From Eledone cirrhosa (Eukaryota): a stretch of 64,000 bases of DNA. The notes under the pieces were generated by a model. It was not told where the DNA came from. It searched no databases and saw only the letters and a program-made list of their open reading frames with translations. Of the stretch, positions 44,635 through 55,039 are shown piece after piece. Position 1 is the first letter of the stretch. Each line of letters opens with the position of its first letter. Position numbers and translations under genes: made by a program. Location of the stretch: positions 258,168,001 to 258,232,000 of the forward strand of contig OZ024740.1 in assembly GCA_964016885.1 (NCBI GenBank), read 5' to 3'.

Positions 44635-44722
44635 ACAATATCAAAAATATTGAAGACGACAACAACAATAAAAACATCGCCATCTTCAACAACATCCTCA
44701 GCAACTTTAACATCATCAAGAC

Positions 44723-44780
<58 letters not shown>

Positions 44781-45130
44781 ACAACAAATATATCAATATC
44801 ATAATCATCATCATCATCATTATTATTATCAGCATCCTTATTAAGATCATCAGAATCTTCATCAATAACGATAATATCGACAACGACAACGACAACGATA
44901 ACAACAACAACATCTTCATTAAAGATTATCAGAAATATCAACAATAACAATATTGACAACAACAACAACATCAAAACTATCAACATCATAATCACCATCA
45001 TCAACAAAAACATCATCACCAACAAAAATAATAAAATCATAAGCACCATCATCCGTGTTAACATCACCAGAATCATCAACAATAACAACATCGACGACCA
45101 TCATAACAACCCAACTATCAACACAAACAG
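44300..45130. repeat. (CAT)/(CAA)-rich cryptic trinucleotide repeat
   Basis: Directly visible; similar tracts at 11550-12040 and 38050-38420. Confidence 0.85.
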
Positions 45131-45279
45131 CATGAAACGAAAATTAACATACAAATAAACATAAAGAACATCAACACATATTTCCCTTTGTATGAGAGAA
45201 TTTGTCAATTTCTGTCATTGCAGGACTTTTACAGAATGATAAGGAAATACATATGTAAAATAATTAATCAAGTCGGTTT

Positions 45280-45745
45280 TGACGGATCTGCATGTGCAGG
45301 AGCTGCGCAACTCTAGGCAGATGTGTGCAGCTCTCCAGCAGCGTTTTGAGCATCTGTTCAGGACGAGTCCGGGTCGGAGACAATGTTGGACATTATTGCC
45401 TACCTTAACGGTCTACTCCGATTCTCAGCGAGAGATGAGAAATGCTGTGATAATGTGATATCACTAACTGAGATACGGAAGAAAATGGGCGGTTGTGTCC
45501 GGTTAGGATGGTTTTCCTTACGTGTTCTAGGAGTATATGCCACATTATTTCAGCGACACCTTGGCAATCATCTACTGCAACTCGCATCAAAACGGGAAAC
45601 CCCCATTTCTATGAGTCGAGGAGCGGTATTGCTTCTCGCAAAAGTTGCGAACGAAGGAGACGTAATTCAACATTTCCAGCCCATAAAACCGCTGAGGATA
45701 GAGTTTAAAAATCAGATCAAGCTGTTAAAAAAGTGTTTGCTTGAA
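45280..45745 (+). mobile_element. Old Tx1-family ORF2 (RT N-terminal) fragment
   Basis: SRGAVLLLAKVANEGDVIQHFQPIKPLRIEFK aligns to SRGTVALLRKDPNKGDNIDNFRPITLLNTEFK of the intact ORF2. Confidence 0.75.
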
Positions 45746-45829
45746 CCTTGTTTACTACATTGGTTCCTAAGTATTTGTATATTTTTATTGGATATAATTC
45801 TTTAATCCCAGTTTCTTTATTTGGATTGA

Positions 45830-45990
45830 TATTAAAACAACCAGGTCAGGCCTATTGTGTTCTAATTTATTTTCTGTCTCTGTCCTGAAATCCCATAGCA
45901 CCTTTACTCGATCGTTTTCTATCACCGACTCTGGCTTATGGTCATACCACTTCTCAGCATGTGGTAAATTATTTACTTTGCATAATTGTC
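45830..45990 (-). mobile_element. R4/Dong RLE fragment
   Basis: KWYDHKPESVIENDRVKVLWDFRTETENKLEHNRPDLV. Confidence 0.75.
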
Positions 45991-46013
45991 TTTCATTACC
46001 AGAACTGTGGTAC

Positions 46014-46116
46014 GTCCCGCCGAGGTTAACTCTGCCTTTCATCCTTACGGGGTCGATAAAATAAAGTACCAGTAATGCACTGGGTAATTGCTGGCCTTAT
46101 GCCAAAAGTAGAAACA

Positions 46117-46170
<54 letters not shown>
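46014..46170 (+). mobile_element. SINE 3' part with long (ATT)n tail abutting the LINE
   Basis: Core, 3' end and (ATT)n. Confidence 0.85.
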
Positions 46171-46385
46171 GAATGCCATGGTTGACGGAGGCTCGGCTCT
46201 GTAAGGTATAGTAATTTTTAACCGTTAAAACAATTGTAAATTGTTTAAAACTTGAACCAAATTGTTGATAAAGACACCCTCCTCCTCGTGAGAGGGGTCT
46301 TTCTGTCCGTTATTTGGCCCTTCGGGGTTAAATAACCAGTTATTGGGGTTTTGTACCCAAAATTTCATTTTAAACAAAAAACAAC

Positions 46386-47957
46386 ATGGCTACGAAAAAG
46401 AAATTTCATACGTCACTCCCACTCATTCCGTCTTCTTCTTCCTCAATCATCACTACAGCAGAGAGAAGATTGTCTCTCTCCCTCCCTTCTCTTTCGCAAG
46501 TGACGAAAGAAAAGAAAAGTCTCGTGCAAAGCGTGCAAGGTTTCTCCACGACGACGACGACAGCGACGAAACAGGTGTGCGGGAAATACGAAAACCCAGT
46601 TCATTCGTCTGACGTCAGGAATAATAGCAGTAGCAGCCGTAATAACAACAGCAACAGTGACAATGAAAACAACAGTAGCAGCCGCAACAGCATCACCAGC
46701 AGCATAAACAACAACAGCATTAGCAGCAGCAACACCAACAACAACCACAGCAACAGCGGCGGAGGCAGTAGTCGTAGTACCTGCAGCAACAACAAAAGTA
46801 CCAGAAGCTCTGACGACAACAACAACAGCAGAGAAAAACCAATCTCATTTGCAGGTATTGCGAAAAACTTGGAAACAATCCTCATAACAAATGAGGAATT
46901 AGAGGAAGCGAAGAAGATGGTGACAAAGAACGGACACCGAGCAATCTGCAAGGCAGCGAAAAATTTTTTCGAAACCCAAGAGCACTGTACGGTCACGTAC
47001 CGTACAGTAAGTACAAAATCCCGCAGGGTGGAAAGAGCCACAGAGGCCCAAATACAAAAATCCTTGGGGTCTGTGTGGCAGCGGAAAACGCACATCACCC
47101 GAGGCAAAAAATATGCCACCGTAGACGTACTTTTTGCCACACCCCAGGAGGCAAAGGCCCAATCAGTAGTGACCCTAAGGAGCGAGGAAATGGTGTTGGT
47201 GCCCTCCTACTGTGGGCAAAAAATTGTGAGGGTCAAACTGACCCACGTCCCCCCCGGAATGACCCCTTCTTGGCTGGCCGCGTCTGTCCTCGTCGGAATC
47301 GAGGACAAAACAACTGTACTGCAAGTACAGAAAAAAGTAAGAGAAGATTGGGTCGGCTCCTCCATTGAGATGCTAATCCAAACCAACCAGGAGTGCATCG
47401 AAGCTATCCCGGATGTGATAGACTTCGATAACGGCACTCAACTGCCCATAAGTGTTGAGGGCAAACGCCCGAAATGCTTTCGCTGTGGATCGAAGACTCA
47501 CCTCAGGGCCTTCTGCAACGAGAAGACCCTGAGAAAGGAGAAAACCCCCCTCCTTCCGAATCCGGCTCCACGGCTACCAGCAACAGGACAAGCGGCAACC
47601 AGGAACGATAGGCCCGTGGCACCCATACCCACTCCACGGAAATCAAAAACAGCAGCAGCAGTGGAAATACTAACAACAACAACAGCAATACCAAATGCAG
47701 CTGCAACAGAGACTCCAGTGCAAACATCACCAACAACAACAAGTGAAAGAGTGGAGTTGGTACCCCTCCCCGACCTCACAGAATCAGACATGGAGTGTGA
47801 GGTGGGAGAGAGATGGCAAAAGGTCGTAAGAAGGCACAAACGCAGAAGCAGCGCATCGTCGCCTTTGAAAAGGGAGGAAAGAAATGAGAAAAGGGTAAAG
47901 TCTACTGCAAAGAGACCACAGCAGCAACAACACCAACACCATCACCACCCACACTAG
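46386..47957 (+). CDS. LINE ORF1 (gag-like nucleic-acid-binding protein, CCHC knuckle); probably continues to 48454 after a frameshift
   Basis: 523 aa; S/N-rich N-terminus, CFRCGSKTHLRAFC, WQKVVRRHKRR; homologs at ~5300-5630 and 53700-54270. Confidence 0.85.
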   Translation: MATKKKFHTSLPLIPSSSSSIITTAERRLSLSLPSLSQVTKEKKSLVQSVQGFSTTTTTATKQVCGKYENPVHSSDVRNNSSSSRNNNSNSDNENNSSSRNSITSSINNNSISSSNTNNNHSNSGGGSSRSTCSNNKSTRSSDDNNNSREKPISFAGIAKNLETILITNEELEEAKKMVTKNGHRAICKAAKNFFETQEHCTVTYRTVSTKSRRVERATEAQIQKSLGSVWQRKTHITRGKKYATVDVLFATPQEAKAQSVVTLRSEEMVLVPSYCGQKIVRVKLTHVPPGMTPSWLAASVLVGIEDKTTVLQVQKKVREDWVGSSIEMLIQTNQECIEAIPDVIDFDNGTQLPISVEGKRPKCFRCGSKTHLRAFCNEKTLRKEKTPLLPNPAPRLPATGQAATRNDRPVAPIPTPRKSKTAAAVEILTTTTAIPNAAATETPVQTSPTTTSERVELVPLPDLTESDMECEVGERWQKVVRRHKRRSSASSPLKREERNEKRVKSTAKRPQQQQHQHHHHPH

Positions 47958-48454
47958 CGCCACCATCACCACCGGCGACAACCCCACCGCCAACAACACC
48001 TTCAACACCACCACCACAAGCACCAACATCGCAAACACAACAACAAAACACACACACCCAGCAACAACGACAAGAAAATAGCAGAACCACACCCCACCCC
48101 CAGAAAAACAAATGCACGGCAATAAACACACACAACAAGAAACTAATGACTTACATAATTGAACACACAGATATTTCACAACAGGACTACATAATACCAG
48201 CACCAATCAAAACGCCAACTAACATAAGACTGCTAAAAATAGCACAGAAACAATACACAAACATTAAAACGAAATTCCCCAACTCAGTTGGTGATTTCAG
48301 GGACCTAGGAGGAACCATCAATCGAAGAGTATATTCAGACATTCTCTTAGAAGAGCCGACGACCAGCCGAAGGGACGATTCAACGGTCCCTTCACCAGAC
48401 GATCAAGTGAAAAGGGATGTAAAAACCATCCCTCCTCTACCAAAAGTACGGTAA
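47888..48454 (+). CDS. ORF1 C-terminal segment in the -1 frame
   Basis: Frame open 47888-48454; KFPNSVGDFR...RRVYSDIL is conserved as KFPNDIGDFR...RRIYNDIL at 6363-6518. Confidence 0.7.
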   Translation, partial: EKGKVYCKETTAATTPTPSPPTLAPPSPPATTPPPTTPSTPPPQAPTSQTQQQNTHTQQQRQENSRTTPHPQKNKCTAINTHNKKLMTYIIEHTDISQQDYIIPAPIKTPTNIRLLKIAQKQYTNIKTKFPNSVGDFRDLGGTINRRVYSDILLEEPTTSRRDDSTVPSPDDQVKRDVKTIPPLPKVR

Positions 48455-48489
48455 GTGGTCTTTCCCATCTTTTCCACTCTATTTTAAAC

Positions 48490-51400
48490 ATGACCTCACT
48501 CAGAATAGGCAGCATAAATGCGCGTGGCTTGGGGTCGTCATGGAAGCAGGGTCACCTGCTCAACGACCTCAGGTCACTAAACATAGATGTAGTGGCCATC
48601 AGCGAGACCAGAATCTCCGAAGCACGCGCCTTCGCACCGATCTTCGGCGGCTACGATGTGTACGCATCTCCCAGCCGTCCTGGATCGGGTGGAGGAGTTG
48701 CTGTGCTTTTTCGGAGAGGTTTGGATCTCGCCATACGGGCCATCTTCCTGGACCCAGAGGGTAAGCTGGTGGTGCTGGACGTGACCAGCGGAGACGGGCA
48801 AGCTTTCAGGCTAGTGGCCGTCTATGCCCCGACAGGAGCAGGGCGGCCTGATTTCTTCCGGCGTCTGGAGACCTTTCTTGGAACGTCCCGCTCTTTAGTG
48901 TTAGTGGGCGACTGGAACGGGATCTTAGATGCACGCTGGGACTGTGTGGGATTAGCGGATAGGGGTGGAGGGTGCAAGAGCCTCACCAACCTGCTCAGGC
49001 GTTTTGAACTGTCTGACAGGTACCGATTGGATTTCCCGAATGTGCCAATGTGGACTTGGACAAACCGCATAGGGTCATCCAGATCATATCTAGATAGAGT
49101 ATTTTGTAGGGAAATAGATAGGTCTAGCATAGGCTGTCCACAATTCAAGATAGTCAGCTACACGGACCACAAATTCGTGACCTGTGTGCTTGACTTAGAT
49201 AGGCTTCATAGACGAGGACCCGGCTACTGGAAGCTAAACGCGTCCTTACCAGCGCGCAAGGCCTACAGAGACCGGATTAGCGAACTAGTTAAGCGGGCGT
49301 TGACGGGGGCCATCGTCAACAACAAGTGGTGGTTTGCTCTGAAAAGAGCGATTAGAATAGAATCGATTAGATTTAGTAAGGCTTTAGCAATAGAGAAAAA
49401 TAGAGCAGAGGGAGAACTAGTTAGAAAATTAGACGAGGCGCTTAGCAAAGGCATTGCGACCGACGTGCTTGCGGCGAAATTGGCCCTTGACCAATTCTTC
49501 AATGCAAAGCACGAAGGCTGCGTTGTCAGAGCTAGGGTGCGTGCTCTCAGACACGAGGGGACGAAAGCCGTTCAATGGGCCCGAGTGGCGGAGGCGCGTC
49601 GTGGCAACAAAGCCACGATCCGGTCTTTGGTGGACCACGACGGGCGCATGCTACTCGATCCCGGGCAAATGTGTGAAGCTTTTCAGCGACACTTCGCTCA
49701 GCTGTTCGGGGGCAGCGGGGGGCCGGGTAGAGGGATGGACTTTAGTGTCTACCTCGACGGACTGCCGCGGCTCTCGGCCACTGAGGCGAGGTGTTGCGAA
49801 AAGCCGATAACAGCCGCTGAAGTACGGGAGGCAATGACTGGCTGCACAAGGGGTAAATCGCCTGGTTTGGATGGTCTGCCCTATGAACTTTACGTACAGA
49901 TGCCAGGCTTGTTCGGAGGCCTCTTGGCGGACGTCTACTGCAACTGGCAACAGAACGGGAGAATTCCCAGTTCTGTGAGCCGAGGAACGGTGGCACTGCT
50001 GAGAAAGGATCCGAACAAGGGGGATAACATAGACAATTTCCGGCCCATAACTCTGCTAAACACAGAGTTTAAGATTTTGGCCAAGGTGCTAGCAAAGAGG
50101 TTGGCGCTTGTCGTTGGTGGTCTGGTGGGAGAGGCGCAGACATGCGCCATTCCCGACAGATCCATCCATGACAACCTCCACCTCATGCGATACATCGTAG
50201 AGAGGGTAGCTAGGGAACCTGGCACGGGTGGGTCCTTGATCAATTTAGATCAGTCGAAAGCTTTCGATAGGGTCGACCATCGTTACCTAGCGGCAGTCCT
50301 GAGGGCGGCTGGCTTTGGGCCCGTCTTCAGAGGCTGGATCGCTGCCATGCACAGCGACATCTGCTCTGTGGTGAGAGTGAACGGTCACCTGTCGGAACCG
50401 TTCAACATCATGCGCTCGGTCCGCCAAGGATGTCCCCTCTCGTCCCTCTTGTACGTATTGACTCTCGAGCCATTACTGCACAAACTGGAGACGTTGAGGG
50501 GGGTCCCGCGCGAACTAGGATGCGGAAGATCCGTGTCAGCATATGCGGACGATGTCACCGTAGTGGTGTCGAACGCCAAACACATCGAGGCGATCGGCAC
50601 TACACTAAGAGAATACGAAGCGGTGACAGGAGCAATGATCAACCAGGAAAAGTCAGTGGGCCTGCAGCTCGGCACCTGGAGAGGCAGGTCCATGCCGTCC
50701 AACAGCGTCGTCGGGCGCTGGACGGACGGACCGGTTAAATTGCTAGGGGTCTGGTTCGGTCCGGACCTCCAGACGGACAAAAACTGGGACGAGGTGACGA
50801 GCAGGGTGGCTTCTCTCACCCAGAAATGGGCGGAGAGGATGCTATCCCTGAAAGGTCGAGCGGAGGTGGCTAACGCGTACATCGCGTCTGTCATCTGCTA
50901 CCGCCTAACCGTCGTACCTTGTCCTAAGCCTCGCCTGACTGCGCTGGAGCGTTTGCTCTTTCGCTTTTTGTGGAAGGGACGTGCTCCGATGGTCAGGCGG
51001 TCCATCTGTTGTCAACACCCGCTACGTGGAGGGCTGGGCATGCCGTGGCTGATGATGCGCAGGCACGTGCTCAGGCTACGACATCTCCACCTCTTCCTCG
51101 ACGGTGATCAGGTGTGGTCGCCGTTTGCTAGACGCGTTTTTCCCCAGCTCGTTTCCTTGACGGAGCTGCAGTCCTGGGTCAAGCGAAGACCGAGAGGGAG
51201 CGCCTGGAGACTGGAATGTCTTCAGGCGCTCACAGCCCTCGACCAATCGGGCAATGTGATCGGTGGAAACTCCACCTCGGCGTTCTATAGAGGATTAGTG
51301 GAGGGGAAGAGCGACGACGTACTTGGGGAAACTCTAGGCGTCGACGAAAATCAACTAGCCAATCTCTTCGGAAGAACTTTCGGGCCGGGGCCTATGGACA

Positions 51401-51909
51401 ACTTCCAGAAATCTCTGGCCTGGCAGTGCTACCGAGGAGCCTTGCCAGTTCGGGATAAACTCTACAGGCATGGAGGTGCCGTCAGCCGGGCATGTCCGAG
51501 ATGCGCGCAGGGCGACGAAACCGTCCTGCACGCACTCGTCCAGTGTCCGAAAATTGCTGACTTGTGGGTTTATGTCGAACACCTGCTGTCGCGTTTAGGA
51601 CGGATCCAGCTATCATCTGAGTCTATCGTGAGGATTGCCCCGCCCTCCTCCTTTAGCCGGGAAGGGCAGGCAGTTTTTATCTGTCTGGTGGCCATGGCGA
51701 AAGAGATAGTATGGTGGACACGTTTGAAAGGGCTGAAGACGAGCACTTACCTCTTCGGTAATGCTCTGATTGACTTTTTCAAATTTCATTTGAAAAGGAA
51801 AATCAGAGTAGAGAAGGAAGTGCTCTCTTCCCAGCATTTTGTTGAAAGATGGGTGAGAGAAGCAAGAATGGCCCGAGTGAATGGGCCGACTCTGAGTATA
51901 TATCTGTAA
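48490..51909 (+). CDS. LINE ORF2: apurinic-type endonuclease, reverse transcriptase and C-terminal CCHC
   Basis: 1139 aa; SINARG, ISETR, GDWN, YLDR, TDH (APE); KSPGLDG, FRPITLLN, DQSKAFDRV, RQGCPLS, YADD (RT); CPRC..ETVLHALVQC. Confidence 0.96.
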   Translation: MTSLRIGSINARGLGSSWKQGHLLNDLRSLNIDVVAISETRISEARAFAPIFGGYDVYASPSRPGSGGGVAVLFRRGLDLAIRAIFLDPEGKLVVLDVTSGDGQAFRLVAVYAPTGAGRPDFFRRLETFLGTSRSLVLVGDWNGILDARWDCVGLADRGGGCKSLTNLLRRFELSDRYRLDFPNVPMWTWTNRIGSSRSYLDRVFCREIDRSSIGCPQFKIVSYTDHKFVTCVLDLDRLHRRGPGYWKLNASLPARKAYRDRISELVKRALTGAIVNNKWWFALKRAIRIESIRFSKALAIEKNRAEGELVRKLDEALSKGIATDVLAAKLALDQFFNAKHEGCVVRARVRALRHEGTKAVQWARVAEARRGNKATIRSLVDHDGRMLLDPGQMCEAFQRHFAQLFGGSGGPGRGMDFSVYLDGLPRLSATEARCCEKPITAAEVREAMTGCTRGKSPGLDGLPYELYVQMPGLFGGLLADVYCNWQQNGRIPSSVSRGTVALLRKDPNKGDNIDNFRPITLLNTEFKILAKVLAKRLALVVGGLVGEAQTCAIPDRSIHDNLHLMRYIVERVAREPGTGGSLINLDQSKAFDRVDHRYLAAVLRAAGFGPVFRGWIAAMHSDICSVVRVNGHLSEPFNIMRSVRQGCPLSSLLYVLTLEPLLHKLETLRGVPRELGCGRSVSAYADDVTVVVSNAKHIEAIGTTLREYEAVTGAMINQEKSVGLQLGTWRGRSMPSNSVVGRWTDGPVKLLGVWFGPDLQTDKNWDEVTSRVASLTQKWAERMLSLKGRAEVANAYIASVICYRLTVVPCPKPRLTALERLLFRFLWKGRAPMVRRSICCQHPLRGGLGMPWLMMRRHVLRLRHLHLFLDGDQVWSPFARRVFPQLVSLTELQSWVKRRPRGSAWRLECLQALTALDQSGNVIGGNSTSAFYRGLVEGKSDDVLGETLGVDENQLANLFGRTFGPGPMDNFQKSLAWQCYRGALPVRDKLYRHGGAVSRACPRCAQGDETVLHALVQCPKIADLWVYVEHLLSRLGRIQLSSESIVRIAPPSSFSREGQAVFICLVAMAKEIVWWTRLKGLKTSTYLFGNALIDFFKFHLKRKIRVEKEVLSSQHFVERWVREARMARVNGPTLSIYL

Positions 51910-52170
51910 ACTAAAGGTGGAAAACTGGGAGAGGGCACTTGCCTTGGTGGTCAGGGTCATTGTGGCTTTTTACTGGGCTTTCTCCACAAATGTCCCTCCG
52001 AAGTCTCCCCCCTATTGGGGAATTTTTCATTGTTATTTTCATTGGTATTTTTGTTACATCCTCTGTTTTTGTTTTTTTTACACGCAGAAATGCCCATTTG
52101 TACCGTCCTGCATTGTCCTGCACTGTCCTTAATGTCTACTTTATGTAAACCCTTGTGGTTAATAAAGAAA

Positions 52171-52230
<60 letters not shown>

Positions 52231-52233
<3 letters not shown>

Positions 52234-52955
52234 TTTGAGTCTCAGTCATTGATGTTAGTTAACTGGAAAGTTTGTTTAAATGAATATCAAGCCACTACCT
52301 GCAGCCTCAGATATTCAGGACGTATCGGAGGGTTCTTGCTGTTCCCAGCAAGCATGCCTTTTGAAGCGTTCCAAAAAGCGTGAAGGGGCCTATTTTCTTT
52401 AACCATCCCTGGAAACTTTCTGAGATAGTCCCTAGTTCGTCTATGACAATCGGGATCACTTTGACTTCATGGCAGTTGCAAATCCTTTTTACCTCCCACT
52501 TTAAGTCCTGGTATCGTAATCCTTTTTACCTCCCTATTATTCTTCTTCTTATTATTATTATTATTATTTCCGTTATTATTTTAATTGCGTATCATTACTG
52601 CTTTACCGAGCACAACTCTGTGCGCCTTGTATGAACAGTGTAGCTTCTGCTAATGTTGTTTCTATTGTATTGATAGTACTTTTCTTACTATGTGTTCAAT
52701 GTCTAGTAGTGCTATCATTTGTATGCTGTATATATTTGTAAGTCCTGGGACTTTGGCTATGTATTTGTGTGTGTTTTTTTTATCATTCCTAGTGCACCTA
52801 ATATTATAGGTATTGTTTCTGTTTTAATTTTCCACATTCGAGCTGGAAAATTTTCTTTGTGGTGTTTGACTATATCTGGTCAGTTGGCCTTAACCTCTCT
52901 GTCTGTGTGTATTGGCTATTCTCAGACAATGGTTGCTTTGTCATTCTCGGACACT
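52231..52955 (-). mobile_element. Two R4/Dong 3' fragments separated by (TAA)n
   Basis: RYQDLKWEVKRI...VIPIVIDELGTI (~52330-52520); PIHTDREVKAN.PDIV and ETIPIILGALG (~52780-52920). Confidence 0.7.
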
Positions 52956-52999
52956 ATTATTATTATTTTATTTTATTTATTTATTTTTTTATTATTACT

Positions 53000-54670
53000 A
53001 TCATTGATAGTCGGGCTGTGAAGACGTGTTTTTGTGAGCTCCGTGAGTTGGCTAATTTTCAATATTTTTCATTGAATTAATTGTATTTTGGGGGACAAAC
53101 GGATCATTAGATACTCCTCTTAGGCCTGTGTAAAGGCAACTTCATAATATTTGGGCATTTCTGCCTAAATATTTGAGATTTATTTTTTTCTCTGTTGAAA
53201 ATGTTTCTCTTAAAAAAAAACATGGAGCAGACATGCTGCCAAACGTTAAGGCAGCAGTCAAGTAATGTCGAGTGGAATAACAGCGCGCCTCCCACAACCA
53301 TTACAAAAACCAACACCACATTAGGCTGTATCGCCAACAGCATCACCAAAAGCAATACAAATAAAATATATGAGAGAAACAACCGAAATAATGACAACAA
53401 CAACGAAAACGGAGAGAAAACAAGTGAGAATAATAAAGACAACAATACTACTAACAGCTACAATAATTACAACACCAACTGCAACAACGAAAACAACAAC
53501 AACTGCACCAAGAACAACACCATCATCAACAGCGACAACAACAACACCAACAAGAGAAACTTTGAAAGTAGCAACCCCAGCAACGTGAACAACAACAACA
53601 CCTTTGTAACTGCCGCTGCGAATAACAGAAACATTTACCAAGTGGATATTACAGACAGGAAGCAACAGTTGGCCCAGGCATGGAAACTTATTAAGCGAGA
53701 AAGAACCTATGCCAACCTAACTATCCCGAAAGAAGCAACAGTGGCAACGCAAAGGAGGACTTTACATTATAGATGTATTTGAGTGCAGACACGCAAAGCG
53801 GAACTCGCCACTCAGGCAAAAGTTGAAGCTGCACTGAATTACATCAAGCACGACATAGAATACAAAGAAAGGGTCAGACAGTTCGGCACTATTTCAGTGT
53901 TGTTGAAAACCCTTGCTATTAAACACTCGGTGGCCCCTTGTAGAACTGACCCCATACTAATATACCCATCCTACATAAGCAGAAGGACTGTAAAGGTCCG
54001 CATTCTCAGGATCCCGCCAGGATTTAACCTATGGTGAATCGTGGGCTGCGTGACCGATTAGGACACCGGAGGCACCAGCACAAACTTTAAAAAGACATCT
54101 AGAGATGACTGGTCAGGGATGGATCTGAAGATACATCTCCAAATCAAACCAGTAGAACTCAAAAACATCTCGGACGGGTTCATTATACTAGTGATCAATA
54201 AGGGAAGACGGCCACACTGCTTCGTCCGTGTCAAAGCAACATATCTGAGAGCATTCTGCCAACAGCTCAAAAATGCAGTGGGTCGCCAGGCTCTGTTGCC
54301 TCAAACGCCAGTCCGGGACGGAAAACGCCACAAAAACGAACACAGCAGTCGAACCATGACCACGACTATCAGAAAAACCAACCCAGGGGGAAACCGATGG
54401 AAGCTCTCCCCTTAATTACAAACATTGACAGAAACTCAAACAAAAACGCAAATACAGACAGACAGAAACACACATAGTCACAGACATCTCGTCTTCCAGT
54501 AGCGAAGGTGGGGCAAAACGTAAACCGAAAAAAATAAAAAAGAAGGCACACAAAAAACTCCACACATAACAAAAACACTCACAACAGAACATGCAGACAT
54601 TACACACGCAAAAAACACAAGCAATTCAATATCAACACCCACACCAACACCAACCACACCCCACCACCAC
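53000..54670 (+). mobile_element. Decayed Tx1-family 5' UTR and ORF1, no ORF2
   Basis: N-rich N-terminus; RKAELATQAKVEAAL, TVKVRILRIPPG and GRRPHCF...LRAFC align to the intact ORF1. Confidence 0.75.
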
Positions 54671-54693
54671 CACCAGCATATATATATATAGTA

Positions 54694-54882
54694 ATAATTG
54701 TTTCTACTTTTGGCACAAGGCCAGCAATTACCCAGTGTATTACTGGTACTTTATTTTATCGACCCCGTAAGGATGAAAGGCAAAGTTAACCTTGGCAGGA
54801 TTTGAACTCAGAATGGCAAGGACTGTAACTCTACGCGTAAAAACATGTCGTCCGACCCTCTACCGATTCTGCCAATCCATCG
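54694..54882 (-). mobile_element. SINE
   Basis: Reverse complement of consensus, (TAA)n flanks. Confidence 0.88.
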
Positions 54883-55039
54883 TAGTAATAATAATAATAA
54901 ATTTGAAGAGGGCTCGATAAGGATAAATATATATCAGATGTGGTTAAGGATTTCGAAGTTGATGTCATCCTCAAGGCCCGTTAGACGGTGATTAATTTCG
55001 ACGACTCTATTTGGATTAAAAAATCTAATAGTAGTCCTT

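Larger units (their letters stand above)
46171..52172 (+). mobile_element. Apparently full-length L1/Tx1-clade LINE within (ATT)n
   Basis: 5' UTR, ORF1 with CCHC, intact ORF2, 3' UTR with AATAAA and (ATT)n; ATT repeats on both flanks. Confidence 0.93.

Noticed and set aside
47885-47960. Programmed -1 ribosomal frameshift site in ORF1
   Set aside because: No in-frame X XXY YYZ heptamer found in the overlap.
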